The notes under the pieces: generated by a model
The model's database searches: none
The model's input: only the letters and a program-made list of their open reading frames with translations
What the model was told of the DNA's origin: nothing
Part shown: positions 11,678 to 26,224 of the stretch, piece after piece
Layout: each line of letters opens with the position of its first letter
How positions within the stretch are numbered: position 1 is the stretch's first letter
Position numbers and translations under genes: made by a program
Origin: Eledone cirrhosa
Lineage: Eukaryota
Direction of reading: 5' to 3'
Length of the DNA: 64,000 bases
NCBI GenBank assembly: GCA_964016885.1
Contig: OZ024742.1
Span: 169,818,001 to 169,882,000 of the forward strand

Positions 11678-13090
11678 GTAAGTTTCAATGGTTTAAGCTT
11701 TAATATTGTAATATTTTATTCATATTTTACTCTAGCTTGTATTGATATTTCTTTCTTTCTTCTAAATGATAAATCTCCAACCGCCATGTTTTGTACTACA
11801 TTATTAGGTTTGTGCTTTTTTCTCTTGGTGTATTTCTATCTTTCTCGCTATTATATATCCCCTTCATTGTGTATATACACATACATACCTACACACATAT
11901 ATTGTATTCATCTATATGTATTTATAGTTGTTTTTGTAAAAATACAGAGTATGGGAATTTAATAGGCTATTACTGTGATTTGTATGATTATATATATATA
12001 TATATATATAGTGTGTGTGTTTGTTGAACCAGGGTACTAAAAGGCTGGAATTTTCTTTACAGTAAGCAATTTTGTTTGAGAACATTTGATACTATTTACA
12101 TATATATTGTGTGTGTGTTTATTTCTTGTAGCCGCAATAGGTTTTCTAACTCGTGGCTGGGTGTATGTAGTGGCTTATCTGAATATATTTTTCGCTGTCT
12201 TTCATTTCGTGTTATGTACACACCCTAATCGGCGAAAACTTCAGAGATAAGACATTCACTTTGTTTTTAAATTTTCCATACAACAAATGCAACGTGCACT
12301 AGATATTTATGTGTGTGTACATGTGTACATCTCTATATGTCTGTGTATGTTTAGCTTTGCATAGAACAAACGTCATCTGTATTTTAAACGTCGTTTGTTG
12401 TGCTTAGAACAAATGTCATTTTTATTCACGAAATTTGAAGATATTAAGAAATTCAGGCTACATTTGCATAACAAATTAAAATAACAAAACAGCCCCCAGT
12501 TAGTTTTATCATATTTAATGAGTGAAGTTAAGGAATATATATCCGAATGTACACAATGTCACAATTTTTTTTATTTTACTTTGGTAATAAGATCAATGCT
12601 ATCAGTACTTTAATGGTTGATTAGATCGACATCACAGTATTTTTTTACTGATTATTTTATCAACCTCGACATTCTGAACTCAGAATGTAAAGGGGAGTTT
12701 CGCTTCTCTATCAATTTTATCATCCATCGCCCTCGGTGGGTTTATGTATGTGTGTGTGTGTGTATATATATATATATGTGTGTGTACTGAGTATGAAGTA
12801 CCTTACGTAATTAACTTTGGATCTGAGTATGTATAAACTGAATGATCTCATCTTCATCACAACTTCTGAAATATATTTTTCTGTGAGTCTGTTAGCTTGC
12901 CTAAAAAACTATTAGAGGGGAAACTCCGGTGCCCCTTGAGTTGTGTGATTGATGATACGTCTTCTACCACTTTTTTCTTTCCACCTATTTTTATATAATT
13001 TTTTCTTTAATCAAAATTTAATTATATAGCATATTACTTCTATATAAGATTGTCAAATACGAAAAACTTTTGGAAAAGAATAGTTTTTTC

Positions 13091-13520
13091 GTTTTTTTTT
13101 CCGTGCTATTAATTAAACTTACCTCCTAATATACTGCAAAATACTTTTTTTTCTCGGAAAAGAGAGGGGGACCATCGGCACCACTCCCATCCAGTTTTCT
13201 TTGCCGTTTTATTGGGGTTTTTTTTTTCTGTGCTACCAATTATTCTTACCTTCAAACATGCGGAAAAGGATTTCTTCCCCAGAAAACGGAGGGGACTCTC
13301 GGGCACCACACCTCCGTTTTCCGGGGAAAAAGTCCTTTGCCGCATATTTGGAGGTAAGATAGTTGATAGCGCACGAAAAAAACAAGGGAAAGGAAACGGT
13401 AAAGAAAACTCGTGGTAAGGAGGTGAAAAGTCCGAAGGTTTCCTCCTCCCTTTTCCGAGGAAAAAAGTAGTTTGTGCCACATTAGGAAGTAAGTTTAATT
13501 GATAGCACACGAAAAAAACA
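13091..13520. mobile_element. Foldback/MITE-like palindrome: two ~80-100-bp subunits followed by their inverted copies
   Basis: 13091-13170 pairs with ~13444-13519 and ~13215-13291 pairs with ~13310-13383. Confidence 0.7.
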
Positions 13521-15441
13521 TTTCCCAATTAAATCAGTGGTATAATACCAATTTTTTAAAAGATATATCTAGGAAGGAAGTAAACTAACAGTATCAATAC
13601 TGACAATCTTGCATGAGAAAGTTTTGTCTCTAGTCCGTTTTTGATTTTTGACAATCTTAAAAAATGAACCCAAAATACTGTGTTCTTTGATCTTGTAATT
13701 TCCTTGACTTTATTGTTTATGAATTACTAAAGGAATAGTGAAGCCCACTCAAATTTATATGTTTTTAAAAAATCCAAGAGTTTTAATGTTTTTTTCGTTT
13801 TCTGGGCAGCATTGCTAAAGTGTTATCAATAAATGTATGTAGTGGTCAACGAGTGTGTAATCATGGTTTATAAATAAGAATCGGATCTAGAATCTTTAAA
13901 TGATCAATACTATAATTAGCAGGTCTTCAGTTAACTTCATATCTTTATCACAGCCAGGGCTAAGTCGAATGCGGTGAAGAAGGCCTTAACTATATTTATT
14001 TTTTGTTGCTCGTTGATCGCCATAACTCTCTTCTATTGTGGTTAACTAGCCATGCTTTGTTTACGTTAATTATGAGTTGTTTACGTTAATTATGACAACA
14101 TATTTGGTGGATCCGCCTGAGATATTAAGAACGTTTCACTGGATAATACAATACACCGTGTCTACTGTACTGTCTAATTTCATTATTGAATATTTTCACT
14201 TATTAATAATTTAGTTGGCCATCATTCGTCTCAGGTCTAAACGACATGAGCAATTACTTTGGCAGTTTCTATACCAGAAATAGTTTATTTTCGTTTTCGT
14301 AGTCGCAAACTGATCAGATACATTTGTGTGTGTCCAGCAATCCTTGTGATGACTGCCTGTCATTCTTTACATAGTTTAGACTTAAAACGAAAGATCATTG
14401 TTTTATTTGGAAATTTTACTTCGTCTCAGTTTGTGTTTTGGTTCTGAAGCGTTGAAGAGCCATTTTAGCCATAAAAGTAAACAGGAACACACACACGCGT
14501 ACAGTTTTATTCACTTCAGAGTGTTAAAAGTTTCGTTGCACTTCTATCATCTAATCACGAATACGGTTCTCTTTTGAATCAAAATATTTTACAGAATATT
14601 TATTTATGAGATGACTTAATAGTAACATCTGTCGTTCGTAAACATTCCATAACTTATGGAACAATCTTTTCAGAAGCAAGTAGACATGACGGAATGTTTA
14701 AGTTAAGAAACTATATGTGGGCGGCAACAACTGAAAGTTTTCTTTTTTAAAACTGTTTTCATTCTTTTTACAATTGTGCCATGTCATCTACTGCTTACCT
14801 CATCATTTTTGGAGGATTTGGGTGGAGTTTAAAACGAGAGACCTTTCATACACACAATTATACTCTCTCTCTCTCTCTCTCTGATGGTGGTGGTTTTAAG
14901 CTAACACGTCTGCTTCATTGTGAAGCTGGCACTGTTTTGTCTAAATCAAATGTTCTCATCCCATTTTGCCCCCCGAAATTACGAAACGCCCCTACCCTAT
15001 TTTTCCATTTTTCAATATACTACTGATTTTGATTTCAGTAGATTACTGGACCAAATCAAGTTATAGAATCTTTTAAAAGATCTTTAAAAAATACTCGTAC
15101 GAATTAAATACAAAAAAGTTTCAGTCCAAAACAAAAGCAAGCTATTTCAAATTATATATTTTTGAAAAATAGACGTGAAAGATTTGATCTCAGTCGAAAA
15201 AGCTTTTTCTTTCAAATTCTATATTTCACTGTTAGCTGTTGTGATATTTTGAGTGGATAGACAATTCTACAATTCAAACTGTACAAAAGATGCAAAATAT
15301 AAAGAATTTCTTACCTTTCTCTTGAATCACAAAATTCAAGGGAAAAATAGTACCTTGCAAAATAAAGTGCCTCGATCACAAAGTTAGTTGCAACAAATGA
15401 ATTGAGATGCTTAGTGACAGTGAGCAAACAATATCTATATC

Positions 15442-15510
<69 letters not shown>

Positions 15511-15684
15511 TAGATAGATACATACATGCGCATGCACACTAACACACACAAACACAAAAACAAACTTGTGTGTGTGTCTGTATGTGCCTTGTTTTTGGTA
15601 CAGAAAGAATTTTGCCTCCAGTTTTTATTGCCGGGTCAAAGGCCACTGCTCTTTTCAACAACGCCATATATCATCATCATCATC

Positions 15685-16860
15685 TTATGTCCGCTTTTGC
15701 CTGCTTGCAAGGGTTGGACGGGTCCTATTCAACACAGCATCTCTCCACTTGTCACGATCCTTCGTCATCTCCTCAGTGAGTTTCAGCGATCTGAGAACTG
15801 CTCTCACCACCTCCACCCATGTTTTTCGTGATCTACCTCTACTGTCTCTTCCTTCCACTGGGACTTCTTGGCACATTCTTCACCCAGCGGTCATCTTCCA
15901 TGCACATCACATGTCCATACCATCTCAGCCTTCTCTCCTGCACACCACAACTTATCCCTCTTATACCCAGTTTCTTTCTCAACTTGTCTATGCTTGGTGG
16001 TTAACGCACATTGACATTGCAATCCAACGGAGCATACTTGCTTCATTTCTCTCCAGCCAACGCATATCTTCTGCAGTTGATGCCCATGTCTCACTACCAT
16101 GCAGCATCGTGCATCTCACACAGGCATCATATAATCGTCCTTTCATACGCAGGGAGAAACCCTTCTTTGTCAACAGAGGAAGCAGCTCCCTAAACTTCTT
16201 CCAACCCGTCCTTATTCTAGATACTATGGCCTCGGAACACCCCACTCCCATGCTAATCTGATCACCTAGGTACCGGAAGCTATCAACCACTTCTATAGAA
16301 CCCACCCTGCATTGGAAAAATGTGTCTATCATTCCCAACTTTCCCTGTACATCTACTGCATACGTAGTTTTCCCTACCTGTTAGTTTGCCTGCTATCCCA
16401 CTACATCTCTTGTGTACCCAAGATCTGCATTGCGTACATTTTATGGAATTTATGCCAGTTCCTTTCCTACATATCAAACATGGCCATTTCCCTGATGGAA
16501 TCAGAGTATTGTCCTCTCTTCTATTTATCAACAATTTAGCTATTTTCCTCTCTTCTATTTATCTTCTATTTAGCTATGTTCACTCTCAGTCCTCTTGCTT
16601 CCAACTGCTGTTTCCATAGCCAGAATTTATTCTCTAGCTCCTCTACTGATTCTGCTATAAGAACCAGATCATCAGCATAGAGAAGTTCCAATGATAAGCC
16701 AGTCTTAAACTCCTCTGTTATGGCTTGGAGGACTATAATGAACAAGAGCGGGCTGAGGACCGAACCCTGATGTACACCTATTTGTATCTGGAATTCCTCA
16801 CTAAACTCCATTCCTATTCTCACTTTACTGACAGCACCCCTGTACATAGCTTGCACTGTC
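15685..16860 (-). mobile_element. 5'-truncated RTE-like LINE (RT with PHD-like insert)
   Basis: GVHQGSVLSPLLF, ELLYADDLVL, WPCLICRKG..CTQC..WVHKRCSG, FRYLG, LHGSETW; frameshifted. Confidence 0.9.
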
Positions 16861-16939
16861 CTCAGAGAGAGAGAGACAGAGAGAGTAAGAAATGTGTGTG
16901 TTTGGTACACGTCTATCTATCTATCTCTCCTATCTCTCA

Positions 16940-18035
16940 CCATTGGTGAGATCCATCTGCTGTCAACACCCTTCTAACGGAGGGTTGGGCATGCCGTGGC
17001 TGATGATATGCAAACACGCGCTGAGGCTACGCCATCTCCAGGTATTCCTGACCGGTGAACCAGTGTGGCTGTCGTTTGTGAGACAAGCTCTTCCACAATT
17101 CGTCTCACTAACAGAGCTGCAGTCCTGGGTCAAGCGAAGACCGAAAATGGGTGCCTGGCACCTCGAGTGCCTTCAGGCGCTCACAGACCTCTACCAAGCA
17201 GATACGGCAATCAGCGGATTAGTGGAGGACAAGTGCAACAACATTCTCGGGGAAACTCTAGGCATCGAGGAGGACGATTCGTCCAGGGCCTATGGATAAC
17301 TTCTAGAGGTCTCTGGCCTGGCAGTGCTACCGAGGAGCTCTATTAGTTTGAGACAAAATCTACAGGCATGGACACCCTAGCAGAGATCCTGCCAAAAGGA
17401 TCTGTCCAAGATGCGAGCAGGACATTGAAATCGTTCTGCACGCAATTGTTCAGTGCCCAGAGTTACTGACCTGTGGAATTATGTCACGTGTGGGACACAT
17501 CCAGTTGTCAGCCGAGTCCATCGTGAGGATCACCCCGCCGCCTTCATTTAAGAATGAAGGAGAAGCGGTTTTCCTCTGTCTGGTGGCTATGACGAAAGAG
17601 GTAATATGGTGGACGAGGTTAAAAGGACTGAGGGCAAACACCTTTCTCTCCAGACAACAACTTATCCCCTTCTTTACGTACCACTTCAGAAGGAAGGTGA
17701 GAGTGGAGAGAGAGGTGCTACACCCCAGTAAATTCGCTGAAAGGTGAGTGAATGGGCTTTCTCTGTATATAAACCTGTAGGTTGAGGAGGATAAACAGAG
17801 GGAAGACAGGAACACCCACAAAACGTGTTCCTGGTGTTGAGGGTTGTTCTATTCACGGGGTGTAAAACGACCCTGCAGTAACGTTCCCCCCTACTGGGGA
17901 TTTCAATTGTTATTTTATTATATATAGTTTATTGTTATTTATTAATGTTAAAGTTATATGATTTTTATGTAAAACCCCCGCTGTCACGTCTTGTAATGTC
18001 CCATTTTTGTACACCCCTGTGGCAAATAAAGAAAG
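16940..18035 (+). mobile_element. Tx1/L1-clade LINE 3' fragment
   Basis: GGLGMP, zinc knuckle CPRC...H...C, AATAAAGAAA end. Homologous to 22182-23380. Confidence 0.8.
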
Positions 18036-21000
18036 ATATCTATCTCTCCAACAGGGGGCTCAAACATGCGGCCCGCAAACTACTTTTATATGGCCCATGG
18101 TAGAACCAATATTTCAGATTCCATTATAACTGGTGAAAATAAGGCGATGAGCTGGTGGAATCGTTAGCATACCTGGCGAATCCGTTTTTTCGTTCCGAGT
18201 TCAAATTCCGCCTATCTCAACTTTGCCTTTCATCCTTTTGGGGGTTGATAAATTAAGTACCAGTTGTGAACTGGGAACAATGTAATCGATGGGACCCTAA
18301 ACCTTAAATTTCATGCCTTGTGCCTATAGTAGAAATGATTATAACTGGTGAAAATCATCACCCACCACGTTTGGCTCAGTGCTTCTCCTCCAGGACGTCA
18401 TGGCCCTTTTATGTCCTTGAGTTTGAGACACCTCTTCTACACAGACACACACACACACATATACACTTTACTTTTTTTCTGTCTCTGGACTACGCCCATG
18501 TTGGAGCATCACCTTGGTAAGTTATGGGGGAGTCAACAAACCAACAAGCATTGGTGGGAGGGCAAACACAAACGCAAAGACACACAGACATATATACATA
18601 TATACGACGCGCTTCTTTGAGTTTCGGCCTATCAAATCCACTCACAGGGCTTTGGTCGGCCCGGGCAGTAGGACTGAACCCGGAAACATGTGGTTGGGAA
18701 GCAAGTTAATCAAGTTAACAATGAAAATAAAAAGAACAAAGTCAAGTTACTTTATAACTTTGTTTTTATTTTGTTGTTTTTATTTTTATTGTTAATTTAA
18801 TACCTAATATCTGACTCTGTATCTAAAGAATTAATTCGGCGAAACACAGAACTTCTCTATGGATTTTACAAGATTACATTGAGTACTATCTACGGTGTGG
18901 ACCCTACCACCAGAGGTAGACCAGACTGAAAAAAGAAAAAAAGTATATATATGTGTGGGTCTGTGTGTGTGTAATATATGATATATATATATATATACAT
19001 ACATACATACATTTACCTATGTATATAGCTATGCATTTATACATTTGTATATATACATGCATTTATATTTAAGTGTGTAAGGATGTTGACATGATTTATG
19101 TTTTTTTTTTGGTAAGGAGAGATTTTTGCCTCCAGATTTTATTACCTAGGGAGATTAAATACCACAGCTCTGGCTGAAAGCTGACCAGGTTCTCAAACTC
19201 ATCAAACACCAACGCCGACTTGTGTGTGTGTATATATGTGTGTGTGTATGTATGTATATGTATACACCCACAGCTTTCATCACCATTGCTTCTTTTTCTT
19301 GTCGTTTCTGTTGTTCTTGTAACTGTTGTAAAAGTTGACATCCTTATTTTCATTTTCTTTGATTTCTTTCATTATTCTTTTATCTCCCTAGGGAATTTGT
19401 TGACAAGCTTTTATTTATTTTCTTCGTTTTCTTCATTCAAATGCATCAATATATTGTTTTTATATCTATAGATGTTGATTCATTTGTAACCTGTGCCTGT
19501 TATTATTTATTGTATGTATGTATAGATTTGCAGGACCACTTTAAGCCGAGCAGAACCCACCCCACCCCTCTCTAGAGAGTGATTGATAGGAAGCGAGAAA
19601 GAGATATTAGAGGAAAAATCGACCCCAGTACTGGACTGGTACTAAATTTATTGACTTTGGTACTGGACTGGTATTAAATTTATCAACTTCAACAGGAAGA
19701 AAGGCAAAGTAACCCTCAGTGAGTTTGGAACTGAAAGTACAGAGAGCCAAAACAAATATTGCAAAGTATTCTATCTGACATTCCAATGACTCTGCTAATT
19801 TTTTGCTTGTTGTTATTCATTACTGCAGACCAATTGAAAGTTCTGACCAATAGAAATATGCAGTGTGTATCCTGGATTTTAGAATAGGTATACTATATTC
19901 CTGTAAGAAGTGATTAAAAGTGTTGGCATGAGGGATGGAATCCAGCTATCAAACACTGCTGCAAAACCCTTCTCCAATCCATGCCAGCATGGGAAAAATG
20001 GACATAAAACTAATGACAATGATGATTCTGTGTCCAACTTATGATGTAACTGCTTAGATATGTCCTAATTTCTGCAATGCAATTCCTATCTCTGTGTTAA
20101 CCCTTTTCATACCCAAAACCACCTGTATGAACACTTGATACCTCAAATCACCTGATATCATTCATATCTCTGTATTAACCCATTTGTTATTAAACTACCT
20201 GAAACCACTCCTGTTTCCATGATACACACCTTTTTATTCTCAAAGGTTTATATTTATCTAAAAATCTGCCATCTTAATTTTATGTAAAAACCTTTGCTGA
20301 GCTCTTTTAAATACTAGCTTAATGAAAGTTCTTTCCACATTTTTGATTATTTTCAAAATTATTTGAAAATCTAAGGCAGTCTATCATTAGAAATGTGGTA
20401 ACAGAAAGGGTTAACCCTTTAGCATTTACATTACTCTATATTATCTATTGTATTTTCATGGTAAAGGCTTTATCTCATATAATTATCTTACATCATATTG
20501 AGTCTATGAGATTTTGATGTTATTTATTTTAAGAACAATACCTTAACATGAGTGTGAGTGGCCAGTTAAAGCCAGTTTGAACAGAAAGAGGTGAGAGAAT
20601 TCTGGTTGGATATGGCCAGTTTAAATGCTAAAGGGTTGAGTCACTTTGCAGCAAGATGACTCTCCACCAAAATCTGTTTTTGTTGTTGTTTAGCCACAGG
20701 TCAGTATTGATTACATTATCTACTGAATCCTTCCTATTTTGAAATAGAGGAAGGGAGCTGCAATAGAAGAATATTTGGGCACAAGTGGTGAGAGAAGATT
20801 TTAAAATGCTGAACCCCACAAAAGAGATAAAGAAAGTACATAACAAATGGAGGGAGAGTTGTGCTGGAAAAGGCTCATCAAGCCCATGCAAGCATGGAAA
20901 AATGAACACCCTAACTACTAAGCCACATGATTTCACAGAGGGCTCCTCCCACATTTGTTCAATCCACTAAGAGCTTACAAAACAGGTGATAGCAGGTTTA

Positions 21001-22181
21001 CCACATCATAGCTCTTTTATATTTTGGTTTACCTACATAATGTATTTAAATAATTGTTTCTACTTTAGGCACAAGGCCAGAAATTCTCCCAGTATATTAC
21101 TGGTATTTTATTTTATCGACCCCTTAAGGATGAAAGGCAAAGTTAACCTCGGCGGGATTTGAACTCAGAAAATAAAGGGCCGTAACTCTATGCTGTAAAG
21201 CATGGCATCCGACCCTCTACCGATACTGCCAATCCACCGCCATATTTAAATAATATTCTTGAGAAAGGTATTGACATTACAGCACTTGGGTACATTTTAA
21301 AATTCAAAGAATTGTTTGCTATTGTTTAACCACATGAGTGCTTTGGTTAAGCAGATTTATGTATGTGAATTTATATCTGCCCAGTCTCCAGAATGTCTGC
21401 TTAGAGACACACCCATAATTTATTGAAAACTGATACTGGATAATTTTGAAATGTACAGCTTGTGAGGTAGTGAGGATGATGAGTGGAGGAATTCTCTGAG
21501 GATTGAGTGGCTAACAGTTGGTGAGTGTGTGTGTGTGTTTACTCCAGTCTAGACTAAATCTAGTTATTTCTCTCCTCCCTTTCCCATGTCTATATATTTG
21601 TATTTATTTTGTTTACTCAGCAAAGAAGGCTGTTGGTTTATAGTGGGTATAAGAAGCAAACTTAATTTTCAGCAGATGTTAGAATCATCACCATTTAACA
21701 TCTATTTTCCATGTTTGCATGGTTAGACAGGTTTCACGCGATGAGACAAATTAGTTTCTACAGCTGGATGCCTTTCCTAATGCCAACCACATTACAATGT
21801 GGACAGGATGATTTTTATCGTGGCACCAAAATGACTGTCTGACAGGGTGGACTGGGTACTTTATCATTGGGGCACCACCATGATCAACAGGGAATGAAAA
21901 TGGAATATCAATTTAAAACATGGATTGAAGTACACCAAAGTTGCTTTCTTCTGGAATCTGGTTATGCAATCTTCACTATTATTTTTCATCATCATCATCC
22001 TTGCATAGGTTGGATGGGTCTTTTCAAGCATAACATTTGTCCACAGGCTGTGTTCGTTTGCCATCTCTGTTCAGGTTTTCCTTGGTCTTCCTCTATTGCA
22101 CCTACCTTCGATAGGGAACTCCTGGCACATCTTCACTCAATGATCATTCTCTTTATGCATCACATGTCCACACTAGAACAG

Positions 22182-23380
22182 TCTTCTTTTGGAAGAGGCA
22201 GGCTCCTTTGGTGAGAAGATCCATCTGCTGCCAACACCCTTCCAACGGAGGGCTGGGGATGCCGTGGCTGACGATGCGCAAACACGCGCTCAGCTGCGGC
22301 ATCTCTACGTATTCCTCATCGGACAACCGGTGTGGGCCCCATTCGTGAGGCGAGCCTTCCCACGACTCGTCTTGCTGACCGAGCTGCAGTCCTGGGTCAA
22401 GCAAAGACCGAGGAAAATGGGCGACTGGCACATCGAATGTGCTCAGGCGCTGACAGCCCTCTGGCAGGCGGACCCGACGATCAGTGGAGACTCCACTTCA
22501 TCATTCTATAGAGCGTTGATCCGCAGCAAGTGCGACGACGCGGTCGGTGAAACTCTAGACGTAGAGGAAGATGAACTGGCCAGTCTGTTCGGTAGGACCT
22601 TCCGCCCGGGACCGATGGACAACTTCCAAAAGTCCCTGGCCTGGCAGTGCTACCGAGGAGCTCTACTAGTTCGAGACAAGCTCTACAGACATGGGCGCCT
22701 GGGCAGGGACTCTGTAAAAAAGATCTGTCCGAGGTGCGTGCGAGACGAAGAAACCGTCGCGCACGCATTCATACACTGCCCGGGAGTCACCGACCTGTGG
22801 GGCTATGTAGAATGACTATTGTCGCGGGTGGGACCAATCCGGTTGACCACCGAGTCCATTGTCATGATCAAACCGCCACCCTCCTTCAAAAACGAAGGAG
22901 AGGCGGTTTTCCTTTGTGTGATAGCTATGGCGAAAGAGGTTGTATGGTGGACAAGGTTGAAAGGGCTGAGATCAGACACCTTTCTCTCCGGCCAACAACT
23001 GATTCTTTTTTTCAAATACCACTTTGGAAGAAGAATGAGGATGGAGAGAGAGGTACTGTACCCCAGCAAGTTTTATGAAAGGTGGGTGAAAGTGGCGAGA
23101 ATGCCCCGAGTGAATGGGCTTTCTCTCTATATCAGCCTGTAGGTTGAGGAAAAGGAGGAGGAGAGGAAAGGAGTACAAACTCTTTGTACTCCTGGAGATG
23201 AGGGTTGCACATTTTTTGGGGGGTATGTGTTACCCATATGAACTGTCTCCCCCTATTGGGCAAAATCGACTAATTTTTAAATTGCATTTGTGATAATATT
23301 TTACACGTTTTTATTGTATGTAAACTTCCCCCTTTGTATTTGTCCCCTTCTTTTGTGCCCCTGTGGCTAATAAAGAAACA
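22182..23380 (+). mobile_element. Tx1/L1-clade LINE 3' fragment
   Basis: FFWK..PLVRRSICCQHP..GGLG, LAWQCYRGALLV, CPRC..EETVAHAFIHCP (zf-RVT type); AATAAAGAAA end. Confidence 0.82.
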
Positions 23381-23911
23381 TATATTAGATTAATCTTATA
23401 AATAGTTTCTCTTTCAGTTCATCCCTGCTTCCCTGTTCATACACATTAACATCACACATCCACTTAAAGTTACACAGTTATTAGGCATTAGGTTGTGTGA
23501 CATTCATATCTTTCTGTAAATCTTTATCTGAGAACTAGATAAATTTTATTTCAAATAGTTTTTTTACTCTTTGGATACTAAACTGTCCCTGATTCTATGA
23601 TATGAATCTGTTTGTTTTAAAGTGGGGTCAATTCTTCCTCTGTATCTCATTCTCACTTCCCCTCTATCACTCTCTCTCTCTTTCTTTTTCTCTGGAAGAC
23701 ATTGGCTATGTTCAGACTTAAGGAGAGATAGGCTCCATCAAGAGTTACAGGTCCATACATAAGTATATCTGTAGAATATTTAATTAGCCCCTTGATCAAA
23801 CAATTGAAACTGTCATTCATTCATATAAACTCATATAAACAATGAGAATAGAGTGTCTATGTATAAACGTCTATTGTAATTATACTGTATAAATATTCTT
23901 TAAAATACTAG

Positions 23912-24035
23912 GTGGAAACCAAAGAGATAAAGCCCGGCAGAAAAATTTGAAAAAGCAAGAAGAAGTTCGAAAAAAAGCTACAGCTGATAAGAAAACTGGT
24001 AATAAAGGAATGACACTTGAAGAACGGAGATATCG
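23912..24035 (+). CDS. SERF2: SERF exon 2 (GNQRDKARQKNLKKQEEVRKKATADKKTGNKGMTLEERRY)
   Basis: SERF/4F5 signature RGNQRxxARQKNxKK. Splice sites tag and gtaatg; 124 nt. Confidence 0.95.
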
Positions 24036-24119
24036 GTAATGATTTAATATCGGTCTATTTATCTGTTGGTTATATTGTACCTTGTCAGGTGGTAATGATT
24101 TAATATTGGTCTGTTTTAC

Positions 24120-24440
24120 TGTAAAGTGGTCATTTTGGTGCCATGACAACGAGCGCCCAGTTCACAATATAAAGTGGTCATGTAGTTGTCATAACAAAAA
24201 GTGCCCAGCCCACACTGTAAAGTGGTCATGCAGGTGTCACAGCAAAAAGCACCCAGTACACGCAGTAAATGTGGATGGCATTAGGAAGGGCATCCAGCCA
24301 TAAAACCCTAACCAAAATCAGTTCTGTTTAAGCACAACATGGTCATCCGACATGGCTTGTCTCACAATGGACAGCTTGTCTAACTTGTGCTAGCATGGAA
24401 AATGAACGTTAAATGGGGGTGGTGATGATGATGGTGATAT
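24120..24440 (+). mobile_element. SINE family with internal tandem subrepeats and an RTE-like (GAT)n tail (copies ~25840-26060 -, 33260-33530, 35750-35995, 40150-40420)
   Basis: Shared AAAAAGCACCCAG..CACTGTAAAG..GGCATTAGGAAGGGCATCCAGC..CCATGCTAGC..GGACGTTAAA(GAT)n. Confidence 0.7.
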
Positions 24441-26224
24441 ATAATCATCACCCTTTTACACCTATTTGCCATGCTTGTATGAATTAGACAGGGTGTCATG
24501 TTCTGCGGTTTGGCAGACAGATCAGATGGCTCTGTCTTTTTCATACATTCTTGGGCATCCAGATGTAGGATACCTTCGAAACAAAGGGTCAGGAGGACTC
24601 TTCAGCTGTCAGACAACGACATGATAAAATGCACTCAGTATAGCAAGGAAATATATGTAAGCAATATGTGGGCTTCATCTGTGAGGTCAATAGCTCTGCT
24701 TGAGTATTCACTAGGTCTGTTGCAACCTGTCCAACCTTTGTAAGCAGGATAAACAGTCGTTAAATGATATATATATTCATCATTTACCATTTTAGGTCTA
24801 TTGCTTGCAGGGGTTAGATAGGTTGTCACATGTCAGATGACCACATATTGCTCATATGTTCCATTTTGGCATGGCTTCTACAACTGGATGCCCTTCCTAC
24901 TGCCATCTGCTTCACAGCATGTACTGTGTGTGTTTTATTGTGACACCAATATATGTAAAACGGTTGACTTAAGCATTGGGAAAATTTGAATTTTGTCTGT
25001 CCCAATTCAAATAGCCATGATAATAGTTGATTACTATAAATAATTAAGAAAATGAAGTACCTCTAGACAGAGGCACCTCTGTCCACTTTCTTTCATCTCC
25101 AGGGTTACTTTACATGAATTTCTTAATTATTCTTTATAATGATTGACTGTTACTATGGTCATTTGCGTTGGTGCACACACATTTCAAATATATATTTATA
25201 TGCAGACATAACTGTGTGGTTAAAAAATTTGCTTTGCAACCATGTGGTTTTGACTTTCATTCTGTTGCATGGATCTTCAATTCAGTGTTCATGCCTACCC
25301 TTACCTATGGTCATAAATCTTGGGTAATGACTGAAAGAATATGATTGTGAATACACATGGTCGAAATAGGGTTCCTTCGAGGGTCTTTGGAGTAATGTTA
25401 CTCAATATAGAGTGTAGCTTAGAAGTCACTCCAAGTAGAGTTGCTATTTCTTCAAATTGAGAGATCACAGCTCTGGTACTATGGGCATGTGGTTAGAATG
25501 TCATGGCAGATAATTGCTGAGAGATTTTACAGACAAAGTCAACTGGCAGCAGACCCAGAATAGACCATGAGCAAGATGGTTGGATAACATACTGAGCACA
25601 ATTTATCTCACGTGAGGATCTAGCTGCATCATTTGGAGATGTTGTTTCTGATAAGACCCTCTGGAAGGTGTGCCTGAGGACTGTGCCCTTATCTCAAGAA
25701 TATGTGGATAAAGAAGATCCAATTGCATGATGCCTTTGGGCAAGTATCTTCTACTTTAGCCACAGACTGACCAATGCTCTGTAAGTGAATTTGGTTGACA
25801 GAAACTGTAAGGAAAAATGTGTTTATATATATATATATCATCATCATCATCATCATCGTTTAACGTCCATCTTCCACGTTAGCATGGGTTTAGACGGGAA
25901 TTGTCCCACTTGAGGCAAGAGTGGTTGTCTTGCTCACATAGGACTGTCTGGCGGGTTTTCTACGGCTGGATGCCCTTCCTAACACCAACCACGTTTACAG
26001 TGTGGACTGGGAGGTTTTTACCGTGTTACCTACACGGCCTCATTACAGCGTGGACTGTGTGTCTTTTTGTTGACACCTACACGACCTCATTTGTTTCGGA
26101 CTGGATGTTGTGGTACCAACATAACTTTACATTGAAAGGGGTGGTGTGGATGGGGTGGGGGTAGTGGGATGAGGGTGTATTTTGTTAGAGGTGCCTACTG
26201 ACTGTAGTAGGTTTCACTTTGTAC

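Noticed and set aside
19285-19440. Possible exon (ORF 19096-19353)
   Set aside because: Similar sequence occurs at ~51083-51250, so it is a dispersed repeat and not part of the SERF or ANKRA2 models.
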